Shown: positions 57,639 to 64,000 of the stretch, piece by piece
Layout of the letters: each line of letters starts with the position of its first letter
How positions within the stretch are numbered: the stretch's first letter is position 1
From: an uncultured Nitrososphaeraceae archaeon
Lineage (GTDB): Archaea > Thermoproteota > Nitrososphaeria > Nitrososphaerales > Nitrososphaeraceae
Assembly (NCBI GenBank): GCA_963779615.1
Contig: CAVZZA010000001.1
Location: forward strand, 224,001-288,000
Direction of reading: 5' to 3'
Length of the DNA stretch: 64,000 nucleotides
Position numbers and translations under genes: made by a program
The notes under the pieces: generated by a model
Told to the model about the DNA's origin: nothing
Databases searched by the model: none
The model's input: only the letters and a program-made list of their open reading frames with translations

Positions 57639-59094
57639 AGAACCTTTTTGTTTCACCCAGTGTTATCATGTTTACTGGGTCTATTTTTACAACCATTGGT
57701 AAATTAGAAACAACCTTCCCTATTGAAAGGCAACTGCGATGAGATAGGGTTTTAACCAAAGATTTTATTGTGGAGCTGTCAAGTAAAGATACCTTAGATA
57801 TTTTCTCTAGATCAGCATCATTAGTAAAGTTGAATAAAAAAATATTATCAACTTGCCTATAAATGGTATCGTTTAATGCATCAGGTTGGTTAGTGATAAA
57901 TGTAGTGTATATTCCAAAATGCCTCATTCGCGTTATCAAGTCTTCCCAATAGGTGTCACGGATATACAGATGGGCTTCTTCTGCAAAAATAAAGATTGGC
58001 GGGATTAATGATTTTTCAAGCAAGTCTATTAGTTTGTTCATTACAAGCTCAACAATCATTCGCCTGACGACAGGGGAAATGCGGCTCATGTTTATTACCA
58101 TACCTGCTCCTTTTTTTTTCGTTTTTACAAGGTCCTCAAATTGAAATCCTTTCTCATTAGGTCGATTAGATGAAAAAAGAAGTGATGAATTGATTGTGTG
58201 GTATCTAGATAATAATGCATCTCTCACTAATTCATTGATGGTCCATGTACTAAACGCGTGTCCAAGTTCATCGAGTCCCAGCATTTTTTTATTTTCAAGT
58301 GAATCCCATATTCTAAAAAACTCCCTTAATGAGGCGGCGGGCATGTCAAGGGCGTTTTTTAACATGTTTGAAATGGATGATTTACCACAATACCGTAAAT
58401 CAAACTTTAGTCCATTACCTGGCTCCAATAAAAGTATCTTGTCATTGATAGAAGATGGCTTCCCATCGTTATTGGACAACAGTCCACTATATTCATTATT
58501 TAAATCAAAAACAATGACATATGCCCCATATTGAACTAAGTGTTTTATCAGTATCTTTGAAAGGTGGGATTTGCCGGTCTCTTTTTTTCCCGTAATAATA
58601 TTTAGTTTACCATCGAGATCTTCGGCATAAATCTCAAAAAACTGGTTGTCTGATCCTGACTTGCCGATTTGGATTGGATACTGCATATTTTTTTTTATCA
58701 AAGACTTTATTTCGCTATAGCTTATTTTGAGAATTTTTGAATTTACTCGTGATGGAACCCAGTCCACGTCAGCAGATAGATTGTCATAATTGTCAATAGA
58801 TGCTCTAATTTTTGTTCTAAATAACCTTACGTCTCTTATTATTTGGGACAAGTTGTTAATTTCTAAAGGATCAAAGATATTTTCTGTGCTATAGTTTCCT
58901 ATGACTTCATCTTTAATTATTTCATCGGCAAGTGACTGAGAGGAGAGATATTCCTCGTCGTAAATTTGAACTAACAGTTTTTTATTCATGTTAAAGTCTT
59001 CAATTATGAAATAATCGCCTTTGTTTGCAAAATCATTGGTTACGGCAAGTAATATAATCTCATCACCGCTTTTTGACAGGATCTTCATTTCCAA
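57631..59094 (-). CDS. herA: HerA-like (FtsK/HerA superfamily) ATPase
   Basis: N-terminal HAS-barrel-like region, Walker A GKKETGKS, FD-x-N-x-EY, Walker B IFAEEAH, R-x-RHFG and TNQP. Confidence 0.85.
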   Translation of the reverse strand: MEMKILSKSGDEIILLAVTNDFANKGDYFIIEDFNMNKKLLVQIYDEEYLSSQSLADEIIKDEVIGNYSTENIFDPLEINNLSQIIRDVRLFRTKIRASIDNYDNLSADVDWVPSRVNSKILKISYSEIKSLIKKNMQYPIQIGKSGSDNQFFEIYAEDLDGKLNIITGKKETGKSHLSKILIKHLVQYGAYVIVFDLNNEYSGLLSNNDGKPSSINDKILLLEPGNGLKFDLRYCGKSSISNMLKNALDMPAASLREFFRIWDSLENKKMLGLDELGHAFSTWTINELVRDALLSRYHTINSSLLFSSNRPNEKGFQFEDLVKTKKKGAGMVINMSRISPVVRRMIVELVMNKLIDLLEKSLIPPIFIFAEEAHLYIRDTYWEDLITRMRHFGIYTTFITNQPDALNDTIYRQVDNIFLFNFTNDADLEKISKVSLLDSSTIKSLVKTLSHRSCLSIGKVVSNLPMVVKIDPVNMITLGETKRFFK

Positions 59095-60143
59095 ACAGAT
59101 CCCAATATGGAATTTCTAACGTTTTCGTGAAATATCTCTTTGATAAAGTAGTTTGATTTTATAAAACTCTGTATACTGGATACATCAGTGTTTGAAAAAG
59201 TTGAAACGTGGTGAGACAGCTGTAGTGTACTCGGATACCCATTAGTGATAAATTCATTATAAAGCAACATCCCTAAAGAGCCACTAACATCATTATCAAA
59301 TGCCACTATATCGGCTCTCAATATATTAGAATATTTATTGTTGTCAAATTTCACCAAAATATGATCTCCATATGTTCGCCTGACTAAACTTGTGATAACC
59401 AAGTCAATATTGATAAAAGAAGCGTTTTTCGATTTCAGCAAAGGATAGGTAAAATATTTTAGCACCTTTATCTTGGTGTTTTTACTGACCCCAATTATCG
59501 AGTTTTTATTGATAACCGAGTTTTCAATTATCTTTGAAATGGAGTAAAACTGATTTTCAAATAGGGAGTATTTAAGGGAACCATCAATAAGTATAATTGA
59601 ATTAGTTACTAATTTAGATAACCAAAATTGAATGTACCTTTCGAAATTGATTCTCAAAAATTTTTTGGCATAATCGTCATTGAATAACGTTAATTTCAAT
59701 ATATTGTGATCTAAACGAAAGTTTTTTAACACTTCCTCATTTAAATAAAACAAAAAAGGCCCAATTTTGATGTGGGCTATAGGCCTTCCCTTAAAAGAGA
59801 TGCAAGTTGAGCCTTTTATTGCAAACAAACCCCCATCTTCTACCTCTGCAACCTTAATACAGCTTGAATCAATACCAAAGACGAACTTCTCTTTTTCAAT
59901 TAATTTAATATCATTAACTTTAACTTTATCATATTTTTCAGAACGCATTCCCCAATTTTGGATTGGTATGCCATCATCATCATTTACAAAAACCAGTTTT
60001 TTATTATGTAACAATTTCTTATAATCTTTACAAAAAAATGAATTAGTAAAATTGCTGATTAACGAGGTCTTCACATCATCAATGTTTGACTCTAGATCAT
60101 GCAAATTTAATTGATTATTCATCATGTTCAACAACACATCCAT
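59085..60143 (-). CDS. nurA: NurA-like nuclease
   Basis: GIDSS, LIDGSL, IIGVSK and GYP-x-x-L-x-x-SH; overlaps the herA start. Confidence 0.8.
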   Translation of the reverse strand: MDVLLNMMNNQLNLHDLESNIDDVKTSLISNFTNSFFCKDYKKLLHNKKLVFVNDDDGIPIQNWGMRSEKYDKVKVNDIKLIEKEKFVFGIDSSCIKVAEVEDGGLFAIKGSTCISFKGRPIAHIKIGPFLFYLNEEVLKNFRLDHNILKLTLFNDDYAKKFLRINFERYIQFWLSKLVTNSIILIDGSLKYSLFENQFYSISKIIENSVINKNSIIGVSKNTKIKVLKYFTYPLLKSKNASFINIDLVITSLVRRTYGDHILVKFDNNKYSNILRADIVAFDNDVSGSLGMLLYNEFITNGYPSTLQLSHHVSTFSNTDVSSIQSFIKSNYFIKEIFHENVRNSILGSVWK

Positions 60144-60218
60144 ACTAATAAATGTTGTTCAACATGCACAACATGGACATCAATAACTTTATCAACTGGA
60201 AAATACAATATTATAGAG

Positions 60219-60734
60219 ATGAATGAGGCAATATCGAAGCTTTCCATCGAAGCCAAAATTAAACTAAAATATAAAGAATGGGAAGTTGAAATTACCTGCA
60301 CCGAAGATAAAGTAAAGCAGGTGGTAGAGAATGTACTCTCTGGAATAGATATTGCCTCACTGTCAAACACAAATGTAAACGATGAAATTGAAAAGTTAAG
60401 AAATGATTTGAATGATTTAAAATCCAAATCTGAAGCAAATAACGGCATAAACAACTACAATCAAAGAAGGAACAGCAGTATTTCATTAAAGGAATTAACC
60501 AAAAATGGTAACACCTGTAGAAGCCTTATAGAAAAACTTTTTTACGAAAAATATTTTGAGGGTGAAAGGCTATTGGGCGAGGTTCATGAAAAGATATCAG
60601 CAATGGGATACAACTACGACAGGACAGCAGTTTCCCATTCTTTGACAGACATGGTCAGAGAAGGAATATTAACCCGAGTTGGGACGCTAAGAAATTATAG
60701 ATACATTCAGAAAAAACCATTATTTGAGAAATAG
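60219..60734 (+). CDS. Hypothetical protein with C-terminal winged helix
   Basis: YF-x-x-ER-x-LGEVHE...GYNYDRTAVSHSL-x-DMVREG-x-L-x-R-x-G...YRY; start placed at ATG 60219. Confidence 0.8.
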   Translation: MNEAISKLSIEAKIKLKYKEWEVEITCTEDKVKQVVENVLSGIDIASLSNTNVNDEIEKLRNDLNDLKSKSEANNGINNYNQRRNSSISLKELTKNGNTCRSLIEKLFYEKYFEGERLLGEVHEKISAMGYNYDRTAVSHSLTDMVREGILTRVGTLRNYRYIQKKPLFEK

Positions 60735-60737
60735 CAA

Positions 60738-61289
60738 TTATTTTGCATTGATTTTTTTGGTCATAATACTATTTAGCCAACTAATACCAACAGTAGTAAT
60801 TCCATAAACTACCAATTCTGATTGGTTCTCCTTATTAACACCCCTAAAAACATAGCCAGCCTTAACTAATTCAGACAACCTAGAGCTTATAGATTTTGGA
60901 TTTAGATTTGTTGAGGACTGGATATCAGAAATTGGGGAAGACTTGTCAGAACTTTTACCCAATTCAAAAGCAATTTTCAATCCCAATAAAAATAACATAA
61001 CTATCTCCTTATCAGAAAATTTTTTATTGTGTATCTCTCCGTTATTTGGCAAAATTTTTGGCCCTTCTGGCGTAATTTTGATTATAGGAGAATAGAGATC
61101 TATCAACTCAGATATAGAATAGTTTAAGGATATCTTTCTAGCCAAGCCTATTTCAGGTATGTTTTTTGAAAGAAAATTCATTACAGATGATGCAACATTC
61201 TCAGGTTCACCACTAAATTGCACCTTTATGTCACCTAATTGGACAGACACATTTATTGTTTCATGTTTTTCAAAATCTTTCGAAGTCAT
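60738..61289 (-). CDS. Hypothetical protein with C-terminal winged helix
   Basis: ISDIQSSTNLNPKSISSRLSELVKAGYV...YGITTVG. Confidence 0.8.
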   Translation of the reverse strand: MTSKDFEKHETINVSVQLGDIKVQFSGEPENVASSVMNFLSKNIPEIGLARKISLNYSISELIDLYSPIIKITPEGPKILPNNGEIHNKKFSDKEIVMLFLLGLKIAFELGKSSDKSSPISDIQSSTNLNPKSISSRLSELVKAGYVFRGVNKENQSELVVYGITTVGISWLNSIMTKKINAK

Positions 61290-61442
61290 CTAAATATATT
61301 CAACAAACCCCTAAATACCAATAAACTTATGAATGTATATTTATTAATTCGTTTCTAACATTAAACATATAATCAAAATTAAAAGATTCAAGATGAAAGG
61401 TACATTAATGGCTGGAATATCAAACAAAATTGAAGGGATAAA

Positions 61443-62072
61443 TTGCAAGAAATGTATAATAATATAGACAATAAAAACAACATAAACATTTTCATAAAGA
61501 CAGGATTTACAACATTATTAAAACCATTTGAGGAATCCCTTCAGGATATTGAAAAAATTACAAAATCATTTGGTTTAGCCATTAAAGTTCATAATGAAAT
61601 AACAAGAAAATATCAATTTGATAATATGGAACCCCAGATAAACCATTCATTAAGAGTGGCATTAATTTTGTCTGAAGAAATAAAAATGAATGATTCAGAC
61701 TTGGTCTGTTCAGCCTTGCTTCACGATATATCTGATAAAAACGAACCAACCCAAGAGATAAAAGATTACATTAAAACAGAAATCGGCAAGAAAATCTATG
61801 ATACAGTTTCGTTTTTTGTGAAAAAGACAAAAAAAAACGATGAAACTTTAATTGAAAAACAAATTTCGAAAATAAAGCAAGCGAACAATTACATAAAGTG
61901 CATAGTTTTGGCAGAGAGGCTTGACGATCTCCGATCACTAAAAAATTCAAGAAGAAAAGACAAAATCTCCAGATTTAAAGATGAAACTCAAAAATACTTT
62001 GTGCCATTGGCCGAGAAAACTAATGAGAAAATCTTGTTAAAACTAATAATAGCGCTTTATGAACTGAAATAA
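61443..62072 (+). CDS. SpoT/Mesh1-like HD-domain protein, degenerate
   Basis: P-x-I-x-H-x-x-RVA-x-IL, ALLHD, LAERLDDLR and ET-x-x-x-FVPLA. Confidence 0.75.
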   Translation: MQEMYNNIDNKNNINIFIKTGFTTLLKPFEESLQDIEKITKSFGLAIKVHNEITRKYQFDNMEPQINHSLRVALILSEEIKMNDSDLVCSALLHDISDKNEPTQEIKDYIKTEIGKKIYDTVSFFVKKTKKNDETLIEKQISKIKQANNYIKCIVLAERLDDLRSLKNSRRKDKISRFKDETQKYFVPLAEKTNEKILLKLIIALYELK

Positions 62073-62254
62073 CAAAATTATTTATTCATTACATTTTCCA
62101 TTGCCTTTTTTATGTCCAGTCCAATGATAAATGCACCCAAAAATAAAGTGTCCAGTGCATCCGCAAATAATGCATCTTTTTTTCATTTTCATTTTCATTT
62201 TTCTCGCCTTTCATTCCAAAATAAGATGCCGAAAAAATTTACCTTCAACCAAAA

Positions 62255-62908
62255 CTATCTTCTTGGGCTCGTTATGCCAGTTACAATATAATTCACTGAA
62301 TCTGCGATATAGCATGCATGATCTGAAATGCGTTCCAAATATTTGAATATTAAAGCAGATGAAATATTGCACCTGTTGTCTGAAAAAACATTGTCCGGTT
62401 TTATGATTTTGGCGGATTCACGCAAGTTTTTTTTGAACATGATATCTACAAAATCCTCCATCTCATAGATCTTGTTTGACATTGAATTGTCCAGTAAGCG
62501 TAAGGCAGATACACTTGTATTCATCATCTCTAAAACGTTTTCCGACATGTGAATAACTGAAGACTTGTCGCATAATTTTAGCGGTCCAAAAATCTCCAGT
62601 GCAGTGATAATATCATAAGCATAGCGTCCAAATCTAGAAAAGCCATAAGATATCTCCATCGAGGATTTTATGTAACGCAGATCAGTGGCGACAGGCTGAA
62701 ATCTAGCAATCAACTCTATTGCTAGTTCTGAAACTTCATCCTGAAGAAAACGCAGTTTGGTGGATGATTCAAATATTTCTTTTGTTGTTTCCAAGTTATC
62801 ATCCTTGTATGACCCAATAGCTTTAATTACGGTGTCTTGGGCAATGCTAGCCATATCAAGGATAATGGTGCTTAACTTGTTTAATCCCAAATCAATTAAT
62901 CGAGTCAA
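62255..62908 (-). CDS. phoU: Phosphate uptake regulator PhoU
   Basis: IARFQPVATDLR, R-x-G-x-YA, E-x-x-VD and LERISDHA. Confidence 0.93.
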   Translation of the reverse strand: MTRLIDLGLNKLSTIILDMASIAQDTVIKAIGSYKDDNLETTKEIFESSTKLRFLQDEVSELAIELIARFQPVATDLRYIKSSMEISYGFSRFGRYAYDIITALEIFGPLKLCDKSSVIHMSENVLEMMNTSVSALRLLDNSMSNKIYEMEDFVDIMFKKNLRESAKIIKPDNVFSDNRCNISSALIFKYLERISDHACYIADSVNYIVTGITSPRR

Positions 62909-62946
62909 GGCATATCCAACTATATAAAATGAACAAAGAGGGACAA

Positions 62947-63822
62947 TTATCCAAATTTACCCGAAATGTATCTTTCTGTTAATTCTTTAGCAGGGTTTTT
63001 GAAAATCTGGGTAGTCTTACCAAACTCCACCAATTCTCCAAGGTACATAAAAGCAGTATAGTCTGAGACTCTTGCGGCTTGCTGCATGTTATGAGTCACA
63101 ATTATTACGGTTAGATTTTTTTTAAGGTCACTTATCAATTCCTCTATTTTAGAGGATGCAATGGGATCTAATGCAGAGGTAGGCTCATCCATTAAAAGAA
63201 TCTCAGGCTGCATGGCTAGCGCTCTAGCTATACAAAGCCTTTGTTGCTGACCTCCTGACAAACCCAAGCCGGGTTTGTCAAGGTCATTTTTTACCTCATT
63301 CCACAGCCCAGCATCCTCAAGGCTCTCCTGAACTATATTTTTTAGTAAAGGTTTATCCTTTATACCATTAAGCTTCAAGCCAGAGGCAACATTATCAAAA
63401 ATACTCATGGTGGGAAAAGGGTTTGGTTTCTGAAAAACCATACCCATGCGGCGCTTAATGATAACAGGATCAGAACTTTTGTCATAGATATCAAGGTCAT
63501 CCAGAATTATATTGCCCTTAGCAGAAGCATTAGGAGTCATTTCATGCATTCTGTTTATGCATCTCAACAAGGTTGTCTTTCCGCATCCAGAGGGACCTAT
63601 TAAAGCAGTTACACAGTTTTGCTTAAAATCAATGTTAATGTTTTTTAATGCAAGTTTACTGCCAAACCAAGCGTTTAATGAAGTAATAGATAGCTTTGGT
63701 TTTTCATTGCCAAGCAAATTAGAGGTTTTATCTGTAAATGGAGAAGAAAGACAGGGAGAAGACACATCATCATGTTTTTTTCCATTTGCAGAAGATTTTA
63801 AAAGATTATCCAATAATTTCAT
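62947..63822 (-). CDS. pstB: Phosphate ABC transporter ATP-binding protein (start uncertain)
   Basis: [41 protein letters not shown] and VTHNMQQA. Confidence 0.96.
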   Translation of the reverse strand: MKLLDNLLKSSANGKKHDDVSSPCLSSPFTDKTSNLLGNEKPKLSITSLNAWFGSKLALKNINIDFKQNCVTALIGPSGCGKTTLLRCINRMHEMTPNASAKGNIILDDLDIYDKSSDPVIIKRRMGMVFQKPNPFPTMSIFDNVASGLKLNGIKDKPLLKNIVQESLEDAGLWNEVKNDLDKPGLGLSGGQQQRLCIARALAMQPEILLMDEPTSALDPIASSKIEELISDLKKNLTVIIVTHNMQQAARVSDYTAFMYLGELVEFGKTTQIFKNPAKELTERYISGKFG

Positions 63823-64000
63823 CTGTAATATAACATGAGTAGGCTTTATATGTAATATATATTGTCTAAATGAAATATATAGTAACATATAGAGGTATAT
63901 ATCATGTAGTAGATTTCAATTGGAAACCCCTTTTTTGAGATATCATTCTCAAAATTATACTCATCGACAATACAAGCAATATAAGAAGCAGGGCTGCGCC

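Noticed and set aside
62110-62215. Short repeats (TGCAYCC...AAATAA; TTTTCA tandem) between the convergent HD and phoU genes
   Set aside because: Too short and irregular for CRISPR; compatible with T-rich terminator or low-complexity DNA.
32048-63838. Long antisense ORFs over tes, pelota, nrdJ, thiolase, herA and pstB
   Set aside because: Antisense shadows of conserved genes with no independent motifs.

Overview
This is a 64 kb AT-rich chromosomal segment of a soil-type ammonia-oxidising archaeon. The 16S/23S sequences and gene content point to Nitrososphaerales, most likely Ca. Nitrosocosmicus-like (inferred, not database-checked). It carries a minus-strand 16S-23S rRNA operon with a ~1 kb tRNA-less spacer and very long flanking processing stems. 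Housekeeping genes include udg, dph2, pheA, csl4, folP, a GPN GTPase, thrB, a crotonase, tes, pelota, cutA, pyrB, class II nrdJ, a cdvB paralogue, thiolase/DUF35, pdaD, nadM, rtcA, nurA-herA, phoU and pstB. There are two histidine-kinase/receiver modules and many IS elements: at least six IS6-family copies or remnants, an IS6-derived MITE-like element, an end-less IS5 fragment splitting corA, and a DDE element with 20-bp TIRs. The best candidate for an uncharacterised system is 40328..42394. It fuses a winged HTH, an ATP-cone and a class III RNR (NrdD) body lacking the catalytic finger-loop Cys and the glycyl-radical loop, and sits directly upstream of nrdJ, so it is a plausible archaeal dNTP-sensing regulator analogous to NrdR. 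Several single-base homopolymer frameshifts in core genes suggest assembly errors.
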